A stretch of DNA of 64,000 nucleotides from Selaginella moellendorffii. Its lineage: Eukaryota; Plantae; Lycopodiophyta. The stretch's first letter is position 1. Every line of letters starts with the position of its first letter. The notes under the pieces were generated by a model. It was not told the DNA's origin. It did not search any database and saw only the letters and a list, made by a program, of their open reading frames with translations. This document shows, piece by piece, positions 9,367-22,164 of the stretch. Made by a program: the position numbers and the translations under genes. The stretch covers positions 2,675,710-2,739,709 of the forward strand of contig NW_003314264.1 in assembly GCF_000143415.4 (NCBI RefSeq), written 5' to 3'.

Positions 9367-12098
9367 ATAGGCAGTTAAAGTTGTTTACACAGTTACACCC
9401 TTTTAATGGAATAAGATACATCGACAGAGAGAGGGGTTATGTGACCAATCGACAGTAGCTACCCCATGACTAGAGATTTCATCATGCACACGAAGTGCCG
9501 AAGATAATCTACCTATATTAGCCCAAACTCAAAGATCAATAGATGGACAATACTAAAGTCATAAACAATGATATCTTAAAGACTTAATTATCAGTGAATA
9601 AATCTTATATTAAAACACAAAAGTATTCCAAGTAAGTTATCATCCGATAAACCAGTATAATAGTATAGGAACCACCAAGATCATTATTTTGTAAAACATA
9701 GGATTCACCATCCAACAAAATTCAATAGCAAGTATATCATCAAGTAAACTCAATGAGAAAACTTAAATATAAAAGATTGTAAATAGTATGCCAAATAACT
9801 TACCAAAGATAACTCATAGAACACAAAATATTATTAACCGGCAAGCAAAATGCTCACGAATGTATCACCTAAAGGAAATAACATTCTAATCTATCAGAAT
9901 TAACTCGAGTAATAATCAATAAAACAGAATGAATGTGGTAAGACCAACAAACACCCATTCATGCCAACTATCACAGAAGCCAATCTGAACAGATCCCAAT
10001 CAACAATACCAAGGAACCAGAGTTGCTCAAACAAGCATCGGCAACATCCTATTGATGTCTCAACCCAAGAGACCAATCTGGAACAAACCACAAAGGACAT
10101 GTGGAATTGGGAAAAGCCAAAAGTTATCAAAGAGAATAACTAATTATCATGAAAGATCACCAATCATCCCATCAATAGAAAGATGCATAATCATCATTGA
10201 AGAAGGAATCCATTATCCCGAAGAACAGCAAATCATTCTATATCAACAACAATCAAGCAAAACCATTTGACAAGGATAATTAATTATCCTAGATGATAGT
10301 CAATCATCATTAATGATTGCTATATGCAAATACTAACTTCATCATCGAAGATATGAGTCAAAATGCCTTCCCCAACTACTCCTAACAAATGGTCCACAAG
10401 CATGAAAACTCAAGGAACCAAAAGCTCGAAGAAGCCTATAGCCAAGTCTTGCCTAACAATGATCACAAGTTTTGCATGAACTAACTTCAATGCTAAAGAA
10501 GAAATTATGGCACAACCCACAATATTTTCCTCAACACATCCATAAGATAAACTTTATAATGCCAAAGCTATTGAAGAATATATCTGCATCAATCCAAAAG
10601 CTAAGCACAATGAAGTTATGCTCAACAAGTGATCATTTAATCGATCCTCTATGAATCCATCTATAGCAAAATGTAACTCACTTCATAACAAGCTCAAGAA
10701 GAATCATTAATGATCAATATATCCCAACTAAAATTCAATAAGGATTCAATCACTTCGATATCAATCACTAACTCTTTATCTCATAAAGTTAACGTTGTCC
10801 ATGACTAAATCACTTTTCAAGGAAAAGCTAAAGCTCATCCTCTACTAAAAAATCTCGTCTAGAACATAGCTAACTCAAGCTTGCCACTTAGTTCGTTTGA
10901 ACGTCAACACAGTTGCTAACTAGCAAATGCACGAATGTCAATAACACAAAACCATAGCCAAATCATCAACACTATCTTCATCGAGACTAATGAAACTCAA
11001 AGTCAATCCTAAAGAGAAACATCTCATCTCACTTGAATCTCAACATCAATAATGTCAATGACAAGGCATCACTTTAATGCCATCAGCACCAGAATAAAAC
11101 TAGAAGAAAGCAAAGGTGAATTACCACTCAAACTTTCTAGCAACCAAGCTAACCAAAGTCGAAGATACTTTAGTCAGTATCTGAGATTAGTTCTTCCATA
11201 ATACTCAACTACAAATAACACTTTATCAAGGAGTAATTCACCACATCCAAGACTTAATAAAATCCAACACCGCGAACTAAATGCAACCAAATGATATTGA
11301 TAAAGGTAGAATCGATATACCAATATGGAAAAACCATGTAAGTCTAACGACACGATCCTCTGCAACATTATCTAGTAAAGCAAGTTTATCACTGCTAAAT
11401 CATCATCGAGTGAAGCAAGTGTCAACAGTCCTTTGATAAAGTCTATAAGCAATCACTAGTTGCCAAGCAACTAACAAGCACTTTTTCAACTTGCCTTTTA
11501 TAAAACCCAAACACTAAACTCACATCAAGTCATATACTTGTTTAATATGAAAGTAATATCCCAGGTATGAGATAAAGGTTCATGACCAAGCACGAATTAA
11601 ATGACCACTCGAATCCAACTCAACCGCAATAAACTCACTAACACATCTAGTCAATAGTTCTAAGCATGCCTTGAAGAGGCTAGCTATGCATGACCAACAC
11701 TTAGTCGAAACTAAAGTGGAGACCATGAGATGGATTCATATTGGTACACAACCTCCTCATAAATAAAGATATAGTACAGGTACTAAGATCTCAACCTTAA
11801 ACAATTAAGTTGGACATCACCATCCTCAGCTAAGGCGTAGGGCCACCAAGACTAAGTCAAGATCAATGAGAGCTCACTACTCTCATAGAGTCTAACGAAA
11901 TGCAAGATGCAACCTGCCACCAAGCATAATGTTACAGAAGAAAGGCACAAGGGTCACCTTTCTAGAAAAGTGCAATAGCCACTTTTTTACACCAACTCTA
12001 GACTCTATCCAACTCAATTGCCTTAGCCCCAAAAGTTAGCATCCTTTTCAGGTTGCATCATATAAACTACTTACTAAGCTAACCGAAGTCAACTCCAA

Positions 12099-12628
12099 TG
12101 TGAGACACAAAATCCCTAGGCCCCAAAGTGGAGCCGGAAGGGCGCCACATGGTAGTGGCCGAAGCGAGAGCCAAACGAGCGTAACACGTTTGGACCAAAA
12201 GCTCCGACTTGAAATGTCAAGAGCGGGAGTGGAACTCCCAACAAAGTGCTCGAGGAACGAGCACGAAGCAAGAAAAAGGCGAGGCTCCAAAAAGGGACCC
12301 AAAAGGACCAACACATGACACGTGGGAGTGTCCGAGATGGACTCGAGTCGGAGTCCGAAGTGGAGTCCGAGATGGACCCGAGTTGGAGTCCGAAGTGGAG
12401 TCCGAGATGGACCCCGAAGTGGAGTCCGAGATGGACCCGAGATGGAGTCCGAGATGGAGTCCGAAGTGGAGTCCGAGGGAGTCCAAGGTGGACCCGAGAT
12501 GGACCCGAAATGGAGTCCGAGATGGAGTCCGAGATGGACCCGAGATGGAGTCCGAGATGGAGTCCGAGATGGACCCGAGATGGACCCGAGATGGAGTCCG
12601 AGATGGAGTCCGAGATGGAGTCCGAAGT

Positions 12629-12663
<35 letters not shown>

Positions 12664-13835
12664 TCGGGACCGAGACCGAGACCGAGGCCGAGGCCGAGAC
12701 CGAGCCCGAGCCCGAGTCCGAGTCCGAATCCGAGTCCGAGTCCGAGTCCGAGTCCGAGTCCGGAGCCTGAGAGGGTGAAAGCCCAAAGCGTTCGTCTCCC
12801 AGACCCTGGGGGGTTTGGTGAGCTCCAAAAGTATAGTAGGGGGAGGACTGCAGTGGAGCCAATTTGGCTAGGAAAGGCCAGTTTGGCCCAGGAAGGCCGG
12901 ACCCAGTGTTGGGTGATGAGCTACCCACTGGGAAGTCCAAGACTAGAGTGAACACAGACCGACAAGCGGGGTAGCTTGGTGAAGTGTTCAAGAGCCGGCT
13001 CTAGTTCCCCCGGGAGATCAATTGGCTGATGCTCCCAGTCCAAGTGTGGGTGGCACTACCTACTTGGATACCTGATGTGGCTCAACGGAACCCGCTCTAA
13101 GCCCATGGCTAGAGCACCCAAGGGCAGAAGGCGAGGAGAGTACCCAGGTGGCTCGCGTAAGGCCACGGTGTTCCGAAATGTTGTCCCAAAGGCCCAGACT
13201 GTGGAAAGGAAGAGGAGCAGTCCTCTGGGGTAGTGACCAAGGACACAGTTGTGTGGTGAGGAAGTCCCAGAGGACCGTGGGAGTTAGTGGTCGGGCCTGT
13301 GGGTCTCGATCCAGTGGCAGTGTTGGCAAACATGGCCAGGGGCAGAAAGGGACTTAGTGGTCGGGCCTGTGGGTCTCGATCCAGTGGCAGTGTTGGCAAA
13401 CACGGCCAGGGGCAGAAAGGGACTTAGTGGGGACTGACAGAGGAATATTGGGGAAGGCTATTCCCCTTGTCGGTGGGCATCCTAAGGATGCTAAGGAGTG
13501 GATCTGAGATGACCACTCACGGATGGTTTGCGTAGTCTTGGGGAGCCAAGACGGTTATGCAAGTGGTATTGGACTACCAGTGTGGCAAAGGTGATTAGGC
13601 ATGGCCTTAACGTAACGGGCTGCTATGTCGGTGGTACCTTTGAGTGTCAGTCATGGGATCGGACACGTGGAGCACTTGGACCAAGTGCAAATGTTGAGTG
13701 GCATGGATGCCATTCTTGGGGCTAGCAAGTCCCAAGTCCTGGATTGGACTTATGGAGGTTGTGAATGAGACTCCTCCAAGTGGTCAGAGGTGTGGTTAAG
13801 TGACTAAAATAGAATGGAAAATTTAGTCACTTACA
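12099..13835 (+). repeat. 5' LTR of C
   Basis: Near-identical to 17935-19765 outside the tandem array. Confidence 0.96.
12325..12765 (+). repeat. Compound tandem array in LTR (12-bp GGAGTCCGAGAT, 11-bp GGACCCGAGAT, 6-bp GAGACC/GAGTCC units)
   Basis: Directly visible; also present at ~18163-18695 and, inverted, at ~21250-21935. Confidence 0.95.
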
Positions 13836-16800
13836 ATTTGGTATCGGAGCTGTTCCTTAGTCCGACTTTTATTGGTGCTCAAGTATATCACCACTGGTGT
13901 TGGCAACGGAAGGTCCGAGAAGTGGGCCTATCCTTGAGGAGTAGCAGGTCGGGAAGATATGGCTCTCCATTACAGTTCATGTGTGAACTTGTAGACAAGG
14001 TGGTGGATAGAAAAGGGCCAATAATGGAACGACTTTGGGATCTTGGGAGCAGTATATGGTTTTCCTCAAAGAGTTGAGGATGTGATCCAGATGAGCGTTT
14101 GATTTAGCAAACTGACTAATGTAGTTGTGGTAAACAACTACAGTTGGGATCACAGGAAAGATAAAGACTCCAAAGCAATAAAGGAGTCACAAGATTTTCC
14201 TCATATAGTTGAGGTTGGTGCTCATGAATGTGAGACCAGAAGTAATGACCGTGGGAGGTCAAATACGGAAGAGGACTCAAGTCCTTGAAAAGGTAGCCGG
14301 GGCTACCTCTAATAAATGCTGGAACAACCCAAGGAGTTGGGGGTGTATTAAGTGGATGAGTTGGTGTTCTCATCACATGGACAAGTAGTCCTAAGGGGCA
14401 AGGGTTGCCCCCAGAGAACAAAATCAAGTGTCGGAGTAACACTTGTGAAAATAGTCCTTTTGAGTAGGACAGGAATGCAAGAAGTGTATTCCAGTGAGCT
14501 AGTGCCTCACAAATAGGACCTTACAGGTCTGTGGATTAACCAAGTCCAAAACTGCTGGATGACTCAAGTAGAGTCAACGGATGGTCCTAAAAGGACTGAT
14601 GGAAGCATTTGGACTGAGGTGTGTTGTACCCCACAAAGGATGGGGGGGGATCATAGGATCCAAGGATGAGAACAGAGGGTATCTCATCGATGGCAAAATG
14701 TGCCATGCTAAAGTTATGGGAAAGGTGTTCCCATAAGAAAACAACTTTGACATAAAGTTGTGTGTGACCTCTATGGTGCAGTGCTAATGGATGGTTGGCA
14801 TGAGAAAGAGCGGTGTTGGTCTTGGCAAAGACTTAGACACGAAGGGGAAATGTCATAGAGGTAAGCTCGTGGAGCCGATGGTGTGGAGACACCAAATGTG
14901 CCAAGGTGTGATACCTTGAGGCTATGTTGGTGGGTTCGTGAGAACCCCTTGCCAAAGGAATCCCAATGGAAATGGGAATAGCATAGCCTAAGCTGCAGAG
15001 CATGCAGTTGGAGTGTGGTGACCCAGATAATGATGGAGGTGTGAAAGCACCAAGCAATGAGTTGTAGGACTTGACCACTATGAGGCAACTAAGCAAGAGG
15101 TGCAAAATAACTGGTTAAACAGGTAGAAGGTAGCTACCCAAGACTTCTTAATAGCATAGGGAAGTTGGATATACCCTTACGGGCGATAAGTTGCTTGTGT
15201 TGCGATATAGTAAGTCAATGTCATAAAAGGAAATACTCATTGTCAAGAAAGCCATCATTGGGACACCTGAACACTCTAGAACACCAGAAGGTGGTGTTTG
15301 ATGTCGCGAGGGCAATGGATAAAGCCCAAGGGACTAAGTCCCTAGCAAATGATGGATAGAAGGTGCTATCCAAATGTCCAAGGTTGCGGAGACAGGAGAG
15401 GACTGTCTACCCGAGTTGGACAAAGCTAAAAATGGAATTTTGGCAAGGCTAGTGATGGGCATGTAAAGGCCCATAAGCAACAATGTAATCCTAGTGTGTG
15501 GGATTATAAGGTGAGCATACCCGAATTGAGGAACCACTCCCTAGGCTATTGGGTAGGTTCATCCCTAAGAATACTTGCTAAAGCATGATAGAAAGTGCAA
15601 AGCTATCCTCCTGGTCTGGAGGAAAATGACCAAAGGAAAGGTGTGAAGCCAAAAAGCAAGAAGTAAGGGGATAGAACCGAACCGTAGGAATCAAAGGGCA
15701 TAACTAAGGTTGGTTATGCCAGCTGGGAATGGAGAATCAAGTGGGGGCTCGAGGGTGTTGCCGTTAGCAACCGTGATGCCATGGAGAGTCTAAAATATGG
15801 AATTGTCCATGTTAGACTATGTGGCATTTGGAAGGCTTGCAAAAAGGGAGGCTTTAGCAAGCTGAGAGACAGAGTTCCTTCAGGGTTCCCAAAGACGATT
15901 CTAGGTAGCTTAGTACCTAGAAAGGCCAAGTGTAAATGGTTTATGGAACGCGCGAAATCAGAGTGGCGCAGCAGAAGCGTGGTCTTGAAGCTTGCCATGA
16001 GGCAAGGCTATCAAGGTTAGGGAAGTAGTTCCCGAGTGTTCAAGGAGAGGGCTTTGAACGAAAGTCGATGATCAAGGACTTTCACGCTTATGCAGGAACC
16101 ATGTTACAGTGGTCGGAGGATTTGCCAAGCGAGATTGGCACGTCGGGGGAACAAATACCCTAGTTGAAGGTGATAACTTCAAAAAGGGTGGGCCATGTGG
16201 CCGAGCATGGAGGAGTCCATGCATGATCACAGACATGTCAAGTGAGAGGACTTGGCAGTGTGGAGGAACTAGGTTCCTAAGCTGTGATCTGTAGCGCGCT
16301 TTAAAAATAATTTGTGCACCGGCGTGGGGAGTCACGCCAGGCATCTTGTGTGATGCCGTCCGTAGATGCATATACGGAGGTTGGGTTCGAGTCCCGACCC
16401 TCTAGTGCTTGGGTTCGAGTCCCAAATCACTAGGGCGTGGTGATGGTTTGGAATATGAGGACACTCGTATTTCGGTGGTCATGGACTCTCAGTGGGGAGA
16501 CTGGTTTGGGCACACCGCCAAGCGAGGGATGCCTCGGAGTCGTGATGCACGGTTAGATTGCTTAGTGTGAAAGCTCAGCATATCTAACTTGAACGCTTTG
16601 GTGCAAGTGGCACCAAGGTCGTGGTGAGTGAGATGGGGACACCTAATCTCAGTTGCTATGAACCCTTGGCCGTAAGGGCTGGCTTGGGTGCACCGCCAAG
16701 TGTGGGGGATGCCCCCGGGGTTATAGTCAACAACTTGGAGGTCTGGAAGACCAAGTACCTCTTGGCAACTCTGTTAAGGTGCCAAGGTGAGATCACTAGG

Positions 16801-17934
16801 TGATCTTATGGCCAGATAAGGACAAGGTCCTTGGTTGGCTAAGGAATGAAGTTCCTGGTTCAAAATGTTGAAATTGAATTGTTTAAGGTGGTGTGGCTTG
16901 GTCGTGATGACCAAGTGGGAAGAGCACCTAAGGGAAATAAACTATGTCCGTGCGATGGCATAGTGAGTCCGAGGAAAGTAGTCTCTATAAAAGACCCATG
17001 GGAGGGTCACGAAGTTGGGCCGTGGATAGAGCCCATAGCAGAAGATGCTAAAGAGACGTACTAGGGGTGAACACCCTCCGGACTTGGCAAAGAAGAGTCT
17101 TTGCTATGGAACCGAAACAATACCTCAAGGAGGGAGGTAGAGATTCGATGTTGCTTGGTGCAACAATCAACGGATAGGAGCAAAAGATGAGTGGCCAAAA
17201 TAGGGCCATGGAATCCCTTGGAAGGAATCCAAGTGACAAAGTTAGACGAGGAACACTAATGTGTTGGACGCTAACAAGTTGCGGGAAAGGAAGTGTGTTT
17301 CCAAGGAGGGATTCCGAAATGCTCCGATTTGGCGAAAGTGGAAGCTCCAAGGGAGGGAGCGGTAAGGTAGCCAAATGATAGGGCCATGAACAGCCCTAGC
17401 ATAAAGTATGATAACTGGAACTTTGGCACGAAATAGAAGAGAGGATGATGGTGCCCTCGAGTAGAGAACTTCCTAGGATGGGAAGTGGAGTTGCACAAAA
17501 GGTGTAAGGCAAGGTGTCGGAGACACCTAGGAAATTGACTCCAAGAAGTCAAAATTCAAAGTTCCAAAGTGCAAAGGTTATATCGATGGAAATTGAGACT
17601 ACTCGAGAAGGAGTAGTGGGATTGGCTTAGAGAAGGGTCTCTAAGAGGTTTAGCAAGAACTAAACCAATAAAAGGAGAGAACCACTATATGTGGTCCAAT
17701 CAGTCTCTAAGTTGGAGAGACTACCCTCCTTAGAGGATATGCAAAAGGCATAATGAGCCTTCAATGTCCAACCATTGACAAATATGGAGAAGGCATGGTG
17801 AGCCTTCAATGTCACACCATTGACAAATATTGGCTACACGCCAAGGATGGAAATGATAACATATGCGGGTGTTACTTTATAAAATGGTTCACCGTTCGAT
17901 GAGGACATCGAACTTCGTCTATGGGTGGTGGAGT

Positions 17935-18558
17935 TGTGAGACACAAAATCCCTAGGCCCCAAAGTGGAGCCGGAAGGGCGCCACATGGTAGTGGCCGAAG
18001 CGAGAGCCAAACGAGCGTAACACGTTTGGACCAAAAGCTCCGACTTGAAATGTCAAGAGCGGGAGTGGAACTCCCAACAAAGTGCTCGAGGAACGAGCAC
18101 GAAGCAAGCAAAAGGCGAGGCTCCAAAAAGGGACCCAAAAGGACCAACACATGACACGTGGGAGTGTCCGAGATGGACTCGAGTTGGAGTCCAAAGTGGA
18201 GTCCGAGATGGACCCGAGTTGGAGTCCGAAGTGGAGTCCGAGATGGACCCGAGTTGGAGTCCGAAGTGGAGTCCGAGATGGACCCGAGATGGAGTCTGAG
18301 ATGGAGTCCGAAGTGGAGTCCGAGGTGGACCCGAGATGGACTCGAGTTGGAGTCCGAAGTGGAGTCCGAGATGGACCCGAGATGGAGTCCGAGATGGAGT
18401 CCGAGATGGAGTCCAAGGTGGACCCGAGATGGACCCGAAATGGAGTCCGAGATGGAGTCCGAGATGGACCCGAGATGGAGTCCGAGATGGAGTCCGAGAT
18501 GGACCCGAGATGGACCCGAGATGGAGTCCGAGATGGAGTCCGAGATGGAGTCCGAAGT

Positions 18559-18593
<35 letters not shown>

Positions 18594-19765
18594 TCGGGAC
18601 CGAGACCGAGACCGAGGCCGAGGCCGAGACCGAGCCCGAGCCCGAGTCCGAGTCCGAATCCGAGTCCGAGTCCGAGTCCGAGTCCGAGTCCGGAGCCTGA
18701 GAGGGTGAAAGCCCAAAGCGTTCGTCTCCCAGACCCTGGGGGGTTTGGTGAGCTCCAAAAGTATAGTAGGGGGAGGACTGCAGTGGAGCCAATTTGGCTA
18801 GGAAAGGCCAGTTTGGCCCAGGAAGGCCGGACCCAGTGTTGGGTGATGAGCTACCCACTGGGAAGTCCAAGACTAGAGTGAACACAGACCGACAAGCGGG
18901 GTAGCTTGGTGAAGTGTTCAAGAGCCGGCTCTAGTTCCCCCGGGAGATCAATTGGCTGATGCTCCCAGTCCAAGTGTGGGTGGCACTACCTACTTGGATA
19001 CCTGATGTGGCTCAATGGAACCCGCTCTAAGCCCATGGCTAGAGCACCCAAGGGCAGAAGGCGAGGAGAGTACCCAGGTGGCTCGCGTAAGGCCACGGTG
19101 TTCCGAAATGTTGTCCCAAAGGCCCAGACTATGGAAAGGAAGAGGAGCAGTCCTCTGGGGTAGTGACCAAGGACACAGTCGTGTGGTGAGGAAGTCCCAG
19201 AGGACCGTGGGAGTTAGTGGTCGGGCCTGTGGGTCTCGATCCAGTGGCAGTGTTGGCAAACACGGCCAGGGGCAGAAAGGGACTTAATGGTCGGGCCTGT
19301 GGGTCTCGATCCAGTGGCAGTGTTGGCAAACACGGCCAGGGGCAGAAAGGGACTTAGTGGGGACTGACAGAGGAATATTGGGGAAGGCTATTCCCCTTGT
19401 CGGTGGGCATCCTAAGGATGCTAAGGAGTGGATCTGAGATGACCACTCACGGATGGTTTGCGTAGTCTTGGGGAGCCAAGACGGTTATGCAAGTGGTATT
19501 GGACTACCAGTGTGGCAAAGGTGATTGGGCATGGCCTTAACGTAACGGGCTGCTATGTCGGTGGTACCTTTGAGTGTCGGTCATGGGATCGGACACGTGG
19601 AGCACTTGGACCAAGTGCAAATGTTGAGTGGCATGGATGCCATTCTCGGGGCTAGCAAGTCCCAAGTCCTGGATTGGACTTATGGAGGTTGTGAATGAGA
19701 CTCCTCCAAGTGGTCAGAGGTGTGGTTAAGTGACTAAAATAGAATGGAAAATTTAGTCGCTTACA
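17935..19765 (+). repeat. 3' LTR of C
   Basis: TGTGAG...TTACA, preceded by the PPT. Confidence 0.96.
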
Positions 19766-20249
19766 TCCAACCCCTTCACTAATTTGTACTGGCTTACGAA
19801 AACAGAATGGTTTTCAGACAAAGTGATCAACAGATTAGTCATTGAAATAGCTTAAGAAAATTTGTGGAAAATTTTCCATCCTAGAAAAAGAATGACTCTC
19901 AGTCCAAGAATACAAACTTTCAAGACTCAACTAATTTCTTCCTACTAACAACTTCACATAGTTTCACTTCGACACAAATTCTCATAATCCAATAATATGC
20001 TTTAGCTTTGAACATCTCTTTTTTTTTTTTTGCGCATACTTCCAACATCCCACACCAATATCCGCAAAATGCAAAACGATCATCGAAAGCTTGATCACGA
20101 AGACCATAACTTCGGATATCTACATTACACTAACACTCTTCTTCAATCATTCTCAAGATCCAACATAAAGCCAAAACACTAACAAGAAAAATGACATGGA
20201 AAATCAAGCTTTAAGGAAAATTCCTCATCACTCGAAATAACAATGCCAC

Positions 20250-21374
20250 TGTAAGCGACTAATTTTTCCATTCTACTTTAGTCACTTAACCACACCTCCG
20301 TCCACTTGGAGGAGTCTCATTCACAACCTCCATAAGTCCAACTCAGGACTTGGGGCTTGCTAGCCCCGAGAATGGCATCCATGCCACTCAACCTTAGCAC
20401 TTGGTCCAAGTGCTCCACGTGTTCGATCCCATGATCGACACCCCAAGGTACCACCGACGTATCGGCCCGTTACGCTAAGGCCATGCCCAATTACCTTGGT
20501 CACACTGGTGGTCCAACACCACCTGCATTCCAATCCCGTCTCTCAAAGACTGGGTCATTCGTCCATGAGGGATCATCCCAGATCCACTCCTTAACATCCT
20601 TAGGATGCCTACAGACATGGGGAATAGCCTTCCCCAATATCTCTGTTCCGGTCCCCACCAAGTCCCTTTCTGTCCTTGGCTGTGTTCGCCAACACTGCCA
20701 CTGGATCAAGGCCCACCGGCTCGACCACTAAGTCCCACTATCCTCGAGGACTTCCTCACTGTGTGACTGTGTCCTTGGTCACCCCACCAGAGGGCTACCC
20801 CTCTTCCTTTCCACAGTCTGGGACTTTGGGACACCATTTCGGAACACCGTGGCCTTACGCGAGCCACCTGGGTACTCTCCCCACCTTTCGCCTTTAGGTG
20901 CTCTAGCCATGGGCTTAGAGCGAGGTTCCGTTGAGCCACGCCTGGTATCCAAGTAGGTAGTGCCACCCACACTTGGACTGGGAGCATCGGCCAGTCGATC
21001 TCCCGGGGGAACTAGAGCCGGCTCTTGAACACTTCACCAAGCTACCCCGCTTGTCGGTCTGTGTTCACTCTAGTCTTGGACTTCCCAGTGGGCAGCTCAT
21101 CACCCAACACTGGGTCCGGCCTTCCTGGGCCAAACTGGCCTTTCCTGGCCAAACTGGCTCCACTGCAGTCCTCCCCCTACTATACTTTTGGAGCTCACCA
21201 AACCCCCCAGGGTCTGGGAGACGAACGCTTTGGGCTTTCACCCTCTCAGGCTCCGGACTCGGACTCGGACTCGGACTCGGACTCGGACTCGGACTCGGAC
21301 TCGGATTCGGACTCGGACTCAGGCTCGGGCTCGGTCTCGGCCTCGGCCTCGGTCTCGGTCTCGGTCCCGATCTT

Positions 21375-21408
<34 letters not shown>

Positions 21409-22164
21409 CCGGTCTCGGTCCCGGTCTCGGTCTCGACTTCGGACTCCATCTCGGACTCCATCTCGGACTCCATCTCGGACTCCATCTCGGGTCCATCTCG
21501 GGTCCATCTCGGACTCCATCTCGGACTCCATCTCGGACTCCATCTCGGGTCCATCTCGGGTCCATCTCGGACTCCATCTCGGACTCCATTTCGGGTCCAT
21601 CTCGGGTCCACCTCGGACTCCATCTCGGACTCCATCTCGGACTCCATCTCGGGTCCATCTCGGACTCCACTTCGGACTCCAACTCGGGTCCATCTCGGGT
21701 CTACCTCGGACTCCACTTCGGACTCCATCTCGGACTCCATCTCGGGTCCATCTCGGACTCCACTTCGGACTCCAACTCGGGTCCATCTCGGACTCCACTT
21801 CGGACTCCAACTCGGGTCCATCTCGGACTCCACTTCGGACTCCAACTCGGGTCCATCTCGGACTCCACTTCGGACTCCAACTCGGGTCCATCTCGGACTC
21901 CACTTCGGACTCCAACTTGAGTCCATCTCAGACACTCCCACGTGTCATGTGTTGGTCCTTTTGGGTCCCTTTTTGGAGCCTCGCCTTTTGCTCGCTTCGT
22001 GCTCGTTCCTCGAGCACTTCGTTGGGAGTTCCACTCCCGCTCTTGACTTTTCAAGTCGGAGCTTTTGGTTCAAACGTGTTACGCTCGTTTGGCTCTCGCT
22101 TCGGCCACTACCATGTGGTGCCCTTCCGGCTCCACTTTGGGGCCTAGGGATTTTGTGTCTCACA
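20250..22164 (-). mobile_element. Solo LTR D of the C family, inverted orientation
   Basis: Reverse complement of the C LTR, flanked by TSD GCCAC (20245-20249, 22165-22169), with no PBS or PPT adjacent. Confidence 0.95.

Larger units (their letters stand above)
12099..19765 (+). mobile_element. Non-autonomous (LARD-like) LTR retroelement C, young, nested in A
   Basis: LTRs 12099-13835 and 17935-19765. TSD TCCAA at 12094-12098 and 19766-19770. PBS TGGTATCGGAGC at 13839-13850, PPT at 17920-17934. The 4.1-kb interior has no RT or INT ORF. Confidence 0.95.

Noticed and set aside
9372-12093. pol remnants in the interior of A
   Set aside because: Too degenerate to identify motifs by eye.
12116-12991. 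Long multi-frame ORFs (RS-, ES-, SP-rich peptides) in C/D LTRs, also at 17872-18921 and 20973-22278
   Set aside because: By-products of stop-free 6/11/12-bp repeats. Frames shift between LTR copies, so these are not SR proteins.
12099-13835. Retrozyme (hammerhead in a non-autonomous LTR element)
   Set aside because: No CTGANGA...GAAA core with the required stems found by eye; an Infernal search would settle it.
18163-18695. CRISPR-like periodicity
   Set aside because: No unique spacers, no cas genes, eukaryotic LTR context.
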